Source of the DNA: Candidatus Latescibacterota bacterium
GTDB lineage: Bacteria; Latescibacterota; UBA2968; GCA-2709665
Assembly (NCBI GenBank): GCA_965219455.1
Contig: OZ244744.1
Location: 1,952,001 to 2,016,000, forward strand
Direction of reading: 5' to 3'
DNA: 64,000 bases
Shown here: in pieces, positions 39,401 through 47,737 of the stretch
Layout of the letters: every line of letters begins with the position of its first letter
How positions within the stretch are numbered: position 1 is the first letter of the stretch
The notes under the pieces: model-generated
What the model saw: only the letters and a program-made list of their open reading frames with translations
Told to the model about the DNA's origin: nothing
The model's database searches: none
Position numbers and translations under genes: made by a program

Positions 39401-40166
39401 CCGCCTCGGAAAACACATCACAAGTCTCCACGATCGGCCACATCATCATCACCGGCCAGAATCCCAGGTGAAGCTGGCTTTCTGGCGTGTGCAGCACCGG
39501 CGTCTCCATCAATGCCATCAGACCCTGTTTCAGCCCCTCCGCGATTCTTGTGTCTCCGCTTCGCAAATATGCCCACGCCGCCGATGGAACGTGCGACAGT
39601 CCCCCGTATCCCGTAAAATCGTAGACCCACCCTTCGGGGGTGGGACCGACGCTTGCCCAGCGCGCCACGTCCTCCACCTCCATTGGTCCGGACGACCCGT
39701 AGACCACTTCGTAGAGTCCGGGGATGCCCGCTTCAGCTCCGGCAATAACGCCCTCCAGGCGTGCGACAGCCGCATCCAGACCCACGTCGTCCGCGGCTCC
39801 CACCACGAGCGCGTTACGTCCCGTCCCCCACGGGTCCCAAACCGTGGTCAGCACGTACCCCCCTCGGCCCGGGTAGGCCCCGTCCACGAATGTCAACCAT
39901 CGATAGTAGAGGTACTCGATCCCCCGGTTGTCTCCCAGGCTGCCCACGAGAATCGCGTGGCGTTCCGGCCGGATATCCCACGCGGCGTACGCCGAATCGC
40001 CCGCCACGACGACCTCCGAACCGCACGCCCGCGCCAACGCCCCTGCGATGCGCAGGGCAGCGGCCTGCTGAGCGTCTCCGCCACCGGCCACCACCTCCAC
40101 AGCCCGCGCGTCGAACGGAATCTCCAGCGACATCTGCTTCACTTCACCAATCCTGTGCCCGCCCAT
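36495..40166 (-). CDS. Large heparinase II/III-like + beta-propeller protein (paralog)
   Basis: 'YPGRGGY', 'RQNHQT', 'SHSYEDAN', 'YHNMV', DLDGDG repeats; no signal peptide. Confidence 0.75.
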   Translation of the reverse strand: MGGHRIGEVKQMSLEIPFDARAVEVVAGGGDAQQAAALRIAGALARACGSEVVVAGDSAYAAWDIRPERHAILVGSLGDNRGIEYLYYRWLTFVDGAYPGRGGYVLTTVWDPWGTGRNALVVGAADDVGLDAAVARLEGVIAGAEAGIPGLYEVVYGSSGPMEVEDVARWASVGPTPEGWVYDFTGYGGLSHVPSAAWAYLRSGDTRIAEGLKQGLMALMETPVLHTPESQLHLGFWPVMMMWPIVETCDVFSEADRLKIVRFLYNVLVSPEGAENRGLRHSAGSELPRQNHQTRCALGVLFGSIYFERHYRLPEAREWRALVDELFRIGAYCSKQICDDNAHGWNQSIGDFATYALLTGNTVFFDNGMARLAADRAVGNCTSNGFAATIGDGDVKSYPNWFLAQVSFYLRDAGLRYALENMAPEIAPSGGLMPCRQLYDAGVEVAPPGDQVGTRVFPLDRLYYDIPKHSPGAVALRPPGVPYGKTFDILTMRSGWEKTSQYLILDGTGGGSHSYEDANAILTLTQDDRFLLLSADQLYFTAPKYHNMVTVTRNGLGEELPSYCRMDGKADLRTFGFSATTLPDYVGMDWTRMLLWKKGDFFLVVDRLVARDRATYSGSCRWFSLGQPELSDHACIFHQSEWKGSRTDFVVQNLSGQACRTQEAFYGPTASWKSGYDPELGEQLRTDRTLLTELYQSRSDVLGAGDAMRFVNLLYARSGDRVGDRVEAQCNASGWVRVKAPEATFAICTGVVRADGLHAVCDLLAVWRAGVFAANCTALKVGGLSVQFSRPCGVELDASGRLAVDASEDLAVLWRDGEGASGERELDGGAVHTLNVGAGAIPDPDVLFDGAGGQEAVAPLQSDSKTPLPAWTARGKGRINALHIAGGDVVLAACEGDALVAFGLDGACAWTLETGSPVNTVHTGVLCEGDPARIVLGCEDTFVRALDAATREEIWRYHPEYGNQYWDYWSWYKSSIKRVWVEDLDGDGSGEVVVTPGNMRLHLVNAEGNERWEYRTDHGTFLTFETYDLDGDGKKEIVGGCDILSSGSVCRVIGVDGQQKHTFYNAGWTSQVKDVLIADLDGDGLVEVACAVNRQENLRVHSFAEKARRWGHCLGEVPAGLALLDGSGEKVLFAATEGPTAIGFGPGGAPMWTVDVAPGAARVVRMGSTAAVVCVDGRVLRVSGDGETALLGVLPAGVTASAFAEGRLVLGCEDGSIVAFSTL

Positions 40167-40211
40167 CTTTGCACCTCTCGCAGATATAACCGACTGCCTT
40201 CCCCAAAACCC

Positions 40212-43200
40212 TCACACGCCCAGCACCGAAAGCGTCCCATCCGACCCGCCAAGGATCAGGTGGCCCCTGCCGTCCGCAGCCAGGACGTGAACCGCGCCAC
40301 CCGCCCGGTGGCTGGCAATAGGCGTGCCCTCTCCGTCCAGGACCCACACGGTCCCGTCGTCACACCCCGCGACGATCTTCGCACCCCCGTTCAGATCACC
40401 GACCATCACCTGCAGCACGGGGGCGCCCAGGTTACGTCGCCACCGCTCCGTACCGTGCTCATCCAGCAAATAGAGATAAAAACAGTCAGACCCGACCACG
40501 ACCTCCGGCCTGCCGTCCCCATCCACGTCGACGGTGCAAACCGCGTTGACTTCCTCTCCAACCCGTTGCTTCCAGAGTGTCTCCAATCGACCGCCTGCCA
40601 GTCTCAATGCATAGACGTTCGACCGGTTCGTCCCGCACACAATCAGGTGATCCGCCCCCTGTACCCACACGTCGCACGCAGGCATCATCGACGCCCACCC
40701 GTCCAGCCCGTCGCTTGCATAATGGCCGCCGTCGGCGTCCAGCACGTAGCAGGACCCCCCGCAGGTGATCCGGCCCGGGCCGCCGATCACCTCCTGCCGC
40801 CCGTCTCCATTGATATCAGCAACACGTAGCGGCGCAAAAATCCCGTAAATCATAAAACTCCACCGCTCGTTTCCATCCTCGTCAAAACAGTGGAGCTTCC
40901 GGTCCGAGACCGCCGCCAGGATATCTGTCCGTCCGTCTCCACGCAGGTCGGCCGCCGTCACGAATTCCACCGCGGAATTCCGGGCGTACCGGTCCCACGT
41001 TCCTCTGTAAATCTCAAAGGCGTGTGACCACCGCACGCCGCCGCCTTCCTCCAGCAGATAGAGGCGCCGGTCGTCCGCGCCCGCAATCACACAACGCCGG
41101 CCGTCAAGTTCCACCGCACACACCGAAAGAACGCTCCCCTCCGCCTGGAAGGACCAGGCCGGCTTTCCGTTTTCATCCAGAGCCGCCACCCGTCCATCCT
41201 CCGTACCCAGGACCACCCCGTCCGCGCCGGCAGCGGCGCAGCGCACACCCGAACCGGCATCGTATGTCCAAATCCTGCGCAACCCGGGAACAGACGAAGC
41301 CTGCGCACGTGCCGGAGGACTCGCGTCCCAACCCCGCAGGTCCGCAACCCGATCCAGCGACAATGCACCCGCCCCGAGCCCCTGCGTTTTCACCTTTTGC
41401 CGGCCGGCCGCAACGCGTAACCTTTCTCCGCACAGCGTGATCTCAGCGGGTTCCGGCGCCACGACAACGCCGTCACCGGACTCCAGATCGAACTCGATCG
41501 AAACAGGAAGCTCGCTTTCAAAGATCCCGCCGGGCGCACACAGTAACGTCCCGTTGCACAGCGCAAACCACCCGTCGCCGGCCGCAAAGATGCCGGCGCG
41601 GCCGGAAAGAGGCCCAACCTCAAACGCGCCGGTCCCGCTCCCCGTCCCCACCACCATCCGGCCTTCCGACCCCTCAACCACCACGGCCGAATCGCCCACC
41701 CGACGCATCCGGTCGTCCACGGGCTTATGCGCATTCGACGCGTAGAACAGGTTGATAAACGTGTGCCGGTCTCCGACCGCCATCTCCCGGTTGGCCGACT
41801 CGCGCAGGATATTCACATAATCATCCGCATAGGGATATGCATCCCACCAGTGGCCGAAATTCTCCCAGTCCCGCTCCAGCGACAACCGGCCTCCACCCAC
41901 GCTCTGCAAAACAAACCGATCTTCCCGGCCGCTGTCCGGTTCTTTCTGCACCACCTCCAGCGTCCCGTCGTTCAAAGCGGGTGTCCCCAATGTGCGCCAG
42001 TGACACTGCAGCGCGAACGCACCTCCCTTTGTCGCTTCAACCTCATCCACCACCACAAAATAACGCCCCCTGCGCCACACCACGTTCCGAACCCACAACG
42101 CGCCCCAATCCCCTGTCACGGACGTCCGGCTCATTCCCACGTGACCCAGATCCGCCACACCCTCCAGCCGGCACAGTGCAGGTACTTCCCACGCCTCTCC
42201 ATCCCGGACCGCCGTCACGCCATTGTGGTGCTTAAGCGTCGGCCCCTCCGTGTACGACGCATCCACCAGGAAAATCCGATCGTTCGCCGAAAATTCCGGT
42301 ATGGTATTCCCGTCTTCGTGGCTGTGGTTGCCGTAAAAGATCCCGTGCAGCATCAGGTACTGGTCCTCCCGGCCAAACCCCTCCCGGAAACAGACCGTAT
42401 CGAACGCGTCTTCCCTTTGCAGGTTCAGCGGCTTCACCTCGCGCTCCCTCGCCTGCGGGTCTTCCGCGAAATCGTAGAACCCACCGGCGACCTCCAGCAC
42501 CTGCACCCCGGCCATCCCATCGGGGACCTCGGGCGCCAGGCCGTCGCAGAAATACTTCTCAAAACTCCGCACCAGCAACGGATCGTTCACGCTCTCGTAG
42601 CGCTCTCCCGGCGGCTGCGGCCGAAAATAGTCCGACGGCCTGTCGAACCGTTTGCCGAGCAGGAATGCCGCGCGTCCGTCCTGCAGCACATGCCCCGCTT
42701 TGACCAAAAAACTCGTCGGGTATCCTTCCATTGGAGCGCCCGTATCTCCAAACGCGGGCAGCGCACCCCGGTTGTTGCAGTAAAGCACAGCCTGGTCCAG
42801 AGACCGCTTGCAGTTTCCGTTGTCGATATACGTGGTATCCCCGCTTGCCAGCGAATAGGTCAGTATGTGGTCCAACGTCATCCACTGATAGGCGTTGGCA
42901 TCCTCAATCGGCTTGAACGACACCGCCTGCCCCTTGAACACGTCCGCGGACGCATCCATCCACTCCTTCGCATCCTCAAAACCATAGTGCGTTGAAAAAT
43001 ACCGACCCCCGAACCACGCCGCCAGCGCCACCAGCGTCTGGTGGTTCTGGCGGATCATCCGGTGTCCCACACCCTGACGGAAGAATTGGGTATACGCCCC
43101 CTCCGTGGAATCCATGATCCACAGCAGATATTGCGTGATCTTCAGCCGGTCCTCGTCCGAGAACACCGGGCTCTCCTCGATCAGGTCCCAGACCACCGCC

Positions 43201-43949
43201 AGCCACCAGACGTGAAAGTGCGCCATCACCCCGTGCTCACCCATCCTCAGATGCGCGTCCGCGATTTCACGAACGGCCGCGGCATACGCGTCGTGCCCGG
43301 TCCGGTGATACATCAACCCGTACGCGCCCGCCTCCGAAATCAGCTCAAAGCCCGCGCCTGATTCGGAAGCGTGCGGTGCGGTGGCACGCGCGATGAAGTC
43401 CTCCCGCCGCTCCTGCAACCACCCCTCCGGCGGACAGCCGAAAGCGTCGAACCCGGAACCGAGCCTGATGTCCATCAACCATCCCACTCTGAGCGTCTTT
43501 TCATCGGGCACTAACCCCAAAAAACGCGACGTCACACGCTCCAGCCCGTCGGCGTCGCTGGCCCCGAGCAGTACCACGTTCTTTCCGTTCCCCAGTGGAT
43601 TGTGCAGGGTCCGTAGCGCGTACCCGCCCCTGCCGGGATAACAGCGGTCTTCCACCGCCCACCACTGGTAATACAGCCACCGGATAAAGGCGTTGTCAGC
43701 CATATTTCCCAGCGCCACGACGTGCCCCTCCAGCAGCATCCCGGCCGCCGCCTCTCCCGCCCGGACCACCTCCAGCCGCGCGCCCGTCGCCGCCTCGATC
43801 CGCTCGACGATCCGTCCCGCCAACCGCTCGTGCGCTCCATCCCCGCCGATGACGATCTTCGCCTGGGGCTCGCCGTTGACCACCAGTACCGTCTCCAGAC
43901 ACATGTCTTTCAACACACCCACCTTCAGGCCCACCGATCGGTTCTTCAC
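40212..43949 (-). CDS. Large heparinase II/III-like + beta-propeller protein (paralog)
   Basis: Colinear with 5355-9056 ('RQNHQT', 'NHSHEDGN', 'DASYTEGPTLKHHNG'); start set at GTG 43949 after a GAGGAGG RBS. Confidence 0.78.
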   Translation of the reverse strand: MKNRSVGLKVGVLKDMCLETVLVVNGEPQAKIVIGGDGAHERLAGRIVERIEAATGARLEVVRAGEAAAGMLLEGHVVALGNMADNAFIRWLYYQWWAVEDRCYPGRGGYALRTLHNPLGNGKNVVLLGASDADGLERVTSRFLGLVPDEKTLRVGWLMDIRLGSGFDAFGCPPEGWLQERREDFIARATAPHASESGAGFELISEAGAYGLMYHRTGHDAYAAAVREIADAHLRMGEHGVMAHFHVWWLAVVWDLIEESPVFSDEDRLKITQYLLWIMDSTEGAYTQFFRQGVGHRMIRQNHQTLVALAAWFGGRYFSTHYGFEDAKEWMDASADVFKGQAVSFKPIEDANAYQWMTLDHILTYSLASGDTTYIDNGNCKRSLDQAVLYCNNRGALPAFGDTGAPMEGYPTSFLVKAGHVLQDGRAAFLLGKRFDRPSDYFRPQPPGERYESVNDPLLVRSFEKYFCDGLAPEVPDGMAGVQVLEVAGGFYDFAEDPQAREREVKPLNLQREDAFDTVCFREGFGREDQYLMLHGIFYGNHSHEDGNTIPEFSANDRIFLVDASYTEGPTLKHHNGVTAVRDGEAWEVPALCRLEGVADLGHVGMSRTSVTGDWGALWVRNVVWRRGRYFVVVDEVEATKGGAFALQCHWRTLGTPALNDGTLEVVQKEPDSGREDRFVLQSVGGGRLSLERDWENFGHWWDAYPYADDYVNILRESANREMAVGDRHTFINLFYASNAHKPVDDRMRRVGDSAVVVEGSEGRMVVGTGSGTGAFEVGPLSGRAGIFAAGDGWFALCNGTLLCAPGGIFESELPVSIEFDLESGDGVVVAPEPAEITLCGERLRVAAGRQKVKTQGLGAGALSLDRVADLRGWDASPPARAQASSVPGLRRIWTYDAGSGVRCAAAGADGVVLGTEDGRVAALDENGKPAWSFQAEGSVLSVCAVELDGRRCVIAGADDRRLYLLEEGGGVRWSHAFEIYRGTWDRYARNSAVEFVTAADLRGDGRTDILAAVSDRKLHCFDEDGNERWSFMIYGIFAPLRVADINGDGRQEVIGGPGRITCGGSCYVLDADGGHYASDGLDGWASMMPACDVWVQGADHLIVCGTNRSNVYALRLAGGRLETLWKQRVGEEVNAVCTVDVDGDGRPEVVVGSDCFYLYLLDEHGTERWRRNLGAPVLQVMVGDLNGGAKIVAGCDDGTVWVLDGEGTPIASHRAGGAVHVLAADGRGHLILGGSDGTLSVLGV

Positions 43950-44135
43950 GGCCGCCTCCTCGTTAAAAACAGCCTCCAGGAATTGTTTCGCCAACACGGG
44001 TCACAGACACCTGCCCGACGGTCCCGCAATACAAACGTGTGCTCCCCCTTCCTTCGGCGGAGCCAGCCTTCACAGGGCGTCCGGCCGGCTGCAGACTTAT
44101 GGCAGGCGATGTCGTCCTGTGGACCATCCATCAAT

Positions 44136-46490
44136 TTAACGCGATTCACCAGGTCCCGTTACGATGCCCTCATCCCGAAGTTCGTACCCCCGGCCCTGCA
44201 CGACCAGCAGAGCCAGCCCGTTCGAGTGAAGGCCGTCATACGCCACGCCATCTCGACCGCCCACCAGCACAAGGTCCTCCCCGATCCGCGCGACTTCCGT
44301 TTCACCCGATCGCTCGGTCTGCACCTTCGCGCGGTCAAGAGACCCATGCCCCGGGCACAACACAACCCCCAGGTTCCGGCGGCTTACCAGACCGGAGGGG
44401 GTAAACCTCAGATGGTACTGCTGGTGCCACTGTGATTCGTTCTTGCCCGTACGCATGGGCGGGGGGTCCCACCCCTCGCTCAGGGAGAAGAACGCGTTGT
44501 TGTGGTACATGAAATGCGCTTCGAGTGAACTCCCCTCCCGCTCCAGCAGGAAGGTTCTTTCCTGCTCGTCCACCGCGAAACGATTCCAGGAGTGGATATT
44601 CCACTGGAGCGCCGAATCAATGCCCGGAACCGCGGCAAACTCGTCGATCATCACAAAACAGCTCTGCGCCCTCAGGAAGAATACGTGCCGCCGGCACCGT
44701 TCCGCGCGGTCGCTGTAGCTGGCATCCGCGTTTCCGGCAAAGTAGACAAGCCGTTCGTCCTCGTATGGATTCTCGATGCTTCCCAGTGAATCGTGCGATC
44801 GCATGATCTGCGACGCGTCCGAAAGCGTGACGCAGTTGTGCGACTTCGTGTGCCATACCCAATGCGTGTGATGATCCGAACCGTACCCAATGTAATAACC
44901 GCTGGGCATCGCCATTACCTTGCCACCGGCGTGCAGAATGAAGTCGTTGTTGTTCGCGTGGGAATGGCTGATGGCGCCGAGCGGAGAAGAGCGAAAGATC
45001 AGCGCAACATCCCGTGCGGCATCGTTCAGGTTCGTCCGGACCGCGGCCCATCCGGCGGCCGGGAACACACGCAGGATCGATCCGTCCGCGTCCGAAGGCG
45101 GCCGCTTCTTTTCGGGCTCGGCCAGATAGAGTTGCGACAGAACACCAGAGCTTCTCCGTTCCGCCGGCGTTTGCATTTCCTCCGCCTCGGCCCGGAACGC
45201 CTTCACGTATTCCGTGAACTCATCCGTTCCCGTCTCCCGTCCGATCAGATCCACCAGATCCGCATTTGATCTCCAGGTGCCCGCCCACCGCTCCGTATGG
45301 TCGCCGAATCCCATCCACTCCGCGTAGGGCGGCAGACAGTACTGGCGCCACCGGGCGTGGCTCTTCCAGAAGGGACGCCGGTAGAGATCCACCCCCATAC
45401 CGCGCTTCAGCGTCGTGGCGAACATGGACATGATCGTCACGTAAGCCAAACCGTACGAGGGTCCTTCCGCCCATGCACCGTCGTCACCCGACCAGATCGG
45501 CCAGATGCCGCACAGCACCGGCCTCAGCCACTCCAGCCAGGACTGCGCTTCGGGAATGTGATCGTGAAACACCAGCGCAATGTGCGCCAGGAACACAATC
45601 TCACGACCGGCGTGCGAGTCGAAGCGCGTTACCCCGTAGGATCCCCTGTTGTGCATATGGTCGAACGTAATCTGTCCCCGCTGCCGGAATTGTTCCACGA
45701 CGGCGTCGCGTTCCTTGTCGGCAAAACGGTCCCACACCCAGTCGCACGCGTTCGAACCGTTCCAGATCACCGACATGTGGGCTTCGTCGTTGTGGGCAAG
45801 GTGGCTGGACCCCTCCGGGTCCCAACGGGATATGGACGCCAACCTCCGGCACGCGGCGCGGGCATATCGATCCTCCCCGCCCACGAGATAGGCCAACGCC
45901 AGGGTCTCGGCGCCTTTGACAAACCGCCGTGAGTTCCACATCACCGGCGCCCAGGTCTCGTGGTATGCCTGATAGTTCTCGCTTCGGTCCGGGAGAAAGG
46001 GCGGCTCGTCGATCTCGTGCGGCTCGCCGAGCACGGCCTCGGCGTGCCTCCGCAGACCTTCCCACGCGGAAGCCCGCTCGCGGTGCGCCGCCGCACGCAG
46101 CGCCGGCACCTCGTCCGGGCGGAGGTAGACGCGCGGGTGGTCCGCCGGGAATCGCTTCAGCCACTCGCTTGCCGGCGGCACCTCCACCACAGCGGCCTCG
46201 CGCCCGATTTCAAATGCGAAGACCTCGGACGTTGCGGCGGGCGCCGCGGACCACCGCCAGAAATACCTCCCGGGCTCAAATGCCGTTTCAGGAAGGAATA
46301 GGGGATCCTGCAAACCCCCCTTGTCCAGGCAGATGTTCTCAAAGCTCGAATCTCGCGCCACCTGCAGGCGATAGCCCGATGCCGAGTCCACGGGCAGCCA
46401 CGCAAAAACGGGGGGGTTGGTCCCCGGCCTGCCGTCTGCCCTGGGCTGGCGCGGATCTCTGTGCGGGTGCGGATGTCTGTGCTCTTTCAT
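44136..46490 (-). CDS. DUF4962 + heparinase II/III protein, exo-oligoalginate-lyase (PL15)-like
   Basis: 'NPPVFAW', 'HPRVYL', 'FDSHAG', 'DGAWAEGPSY', 'SHSHANNNDF', 'SGYY..YGSDHH', 'TKSHN'; no signal peptide. Confidence 0.85.
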   Translation of the reverse strand: MKEHRHPHPHRDPRQPRADGRPGTNPPVFAWLPVDSASGYRLQVARDSSFENICLDKGGLQDPLFLPETAFEPGRYFWRWSAAPAATSEVFAFEIGREAAVVEVPPASEWLKRFPADHPRVYLRPDEVPALRAAAHRERASAWEGLRRHAEAVLGEPHEIDEPPFLPDRSENYQAYHETWAPVMWNSRRFVKGAETLALAYLVGGEDRYARAACRRLASISRWDPEGSSHLAHNDEAHMSVIWNGSNACDWVWDRFADKERDAVVEQFRQRGQITFDHMHNRGSYGVTRFDSHAGREIVFLAHIALVFHDHIPEAQSWLEWLRPVLCGIWPIWSGDDGAWAEGPSYGLAYVTIMSMFATTLKRGMGVDLYRRPFWKSHARWRQYCLPPYAEWMGFGDHTERWAGTWRSNADLVDLIGRETGTDEFTEYVKAFRAEAEEMQTPAERRSSGVLSQLYLAEPEKKRPPSDADGSILRVFPAAGWAAVRTNLNDAARDVALIFRSSPLGAISHSHANNNDFILHAGGKVMAMPSGYYIGYGSDHHTHWVWHTKSHNCVTLSDASQIMRSHDSLGSIENPYEDERLVYFAGNADASYSDRAERCRRHVFFLRAQSCFVMIDEFAAVPGIDSALQWNIHSWNRFAVDEQERTFLLEREGSSLEAHFMYHNNAFFSLSEGWDPPPMRTGKNESQWHQQYHLRFTPSGLVSRRNLGVVLCPGHGSLDRAKVQTERSGETEVARIGEDLVLVGGRDGVAYDGLHSNGLALLVVQGRGYELRDEGIVTGPGESR

Positions 46491-46552
46491 GGCGTTACCT
46501 CGCGATGATTTCAGTGATGCTGGTTAGAAAACCCGTTTCCAGTACGGCCGCC

Positions 46553-47533
46553 TCAGACCCTTGCAAGCGACGCCACCTGCTCCGGCCGCCCACTCTCGAT
46601 GCTCCGCCCTGCCTGGATCATCATCAGTGTGGCCATCAGCCCGTCCACGTGGTCCGCGGCCATGGGTGCGCCGGTTCGAAGCGCCTCGACAAACAGCCGG
46701 TTCTCCTCGACGAATCCACCCTCTTCACCGCGGTACACCACCGGCTCCTTCCCGGTTTCCGTATACGTCAGCGTACAGAACCGGTCGGTAAGTAGAACGG
46801 AACGATTTTCGGAGAAAATCTCCATGAAAAGCTTGCTGGTTAACGCCGGCCGGTTGGCATCTCCCTGGATCCAGCAACCGGCTGCGCCATTTTCAAACCT
46901 GAACGTGGCCGTCAGATTGTCCAGCCTCCCGTTTTGCTGATAATAATTCCCGCCTGCCGCGTAGACCTCCAACGGATCGGACCCGGCCACGTATCGCAGG
47001 ATATCGCACGAATGGCATCCCTGGCTATAAACGTTGCCTCCTCCCAGGATGGGATCGTTTGCCCAGGTATCCCCCCATCGGTTGTCCATCATCTGCATCA
47101 CCACCAGCAACGGCTCGGGGATCAGTTCCCGGGCCTTTTGTACCATCGGATAGTACCGCATCTTGAAGGCCGTAAAAAGCTGAATCGCCTCTCGCTCAAC
47201 CGCAACGCCGATCCTCCGGCAGTCTTCAACGGTCAGCGCGAGGGGCTTTTCCACCAGAATGTGCTTTCCGGCTTCCGCCGCCCGGATACAATAGTCGGCA
47301 TGGGTGTCGTGGTGCGTGCAGATATAGACGGTATCCAGTGAATCATCGGAAAGGATGCGGCCGGCATCGGCGGTGGCGTAGTCCCCGCCATGGCGCGTAC
47401 ATAGGGTGCGCGCCTTCTCTTCAACCACGTCGCAGAACGCCAGCATTCGTATGCCGTCCAGCCCGGCCACCGCCTCGCTATGCACACCCCCGATCGCTCC
47501 GCATCCGATCAGTCCCGCGCGAAGTTCCGACAT
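46553..47533 (-). CDS. Gfo/Idh/MocA family oxidoreductase
   Basis: 'AGLIGCGAIG', 'AGKHILVEKPLA', 'GGGNVYSQGCHSCD'. Confidence 0.93.
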   Translation of the reverse strand: MSELRAGLIGCGAIGGVHSEAVAGLDGIRMLAFCDVVEEKARTLCTRHGGDYATADAGRILSDDSLDTVYICTHHDTHADYCIRAAEAGKHILVEKPLALTVEDCRRIGVAVEREAIQLFTAFKMRYYPMVQKARELIPEPLLVVMQMMDNRWGDTWANDPILGGGNVYSQGCHSCDILRYVAGSDPLEVYAAGGNYYQQNGRLDNLTATFRFENGAAGCWIQGDANRPALTSKLFMEIFSENRSVLLTDRFCTLTYTETGKEPVVYRGEEGGFVEENRLFVEALRTGAPMAADHVDGLMATLMMIQAGRSIESGRPEQVASLARV

Positions 47534-47643
47534 TTTCCGGCTCCTCCCTGATGTCTACATGGGTTTCCACATGTGTCTTGTCCGAAAGCCCGTTCTCCAC
47601 GCGCCAGGGACGCTTCTTCTGCGACGGAACGGTGCGCAGATAC

Positions 47644-47673
47644 AAGTAGGGCGCAGCGTGCTGCGCCCTACTT
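47644..47673. repeat. GTAG-type REP-like palindrome
   Basis: Perfect 14-bp arms: AAGTAGGGCGCAGC-GT-GCTGCGCCCTACTT, intergenic. Confidence 0.65.
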
Positions 47674-47737
47674 TCGTCCCTCCCGCCACGGGTGGCGCGT
47701 GATTGACGTTTCCGCCTTATCAACGGACTGTTATGAA

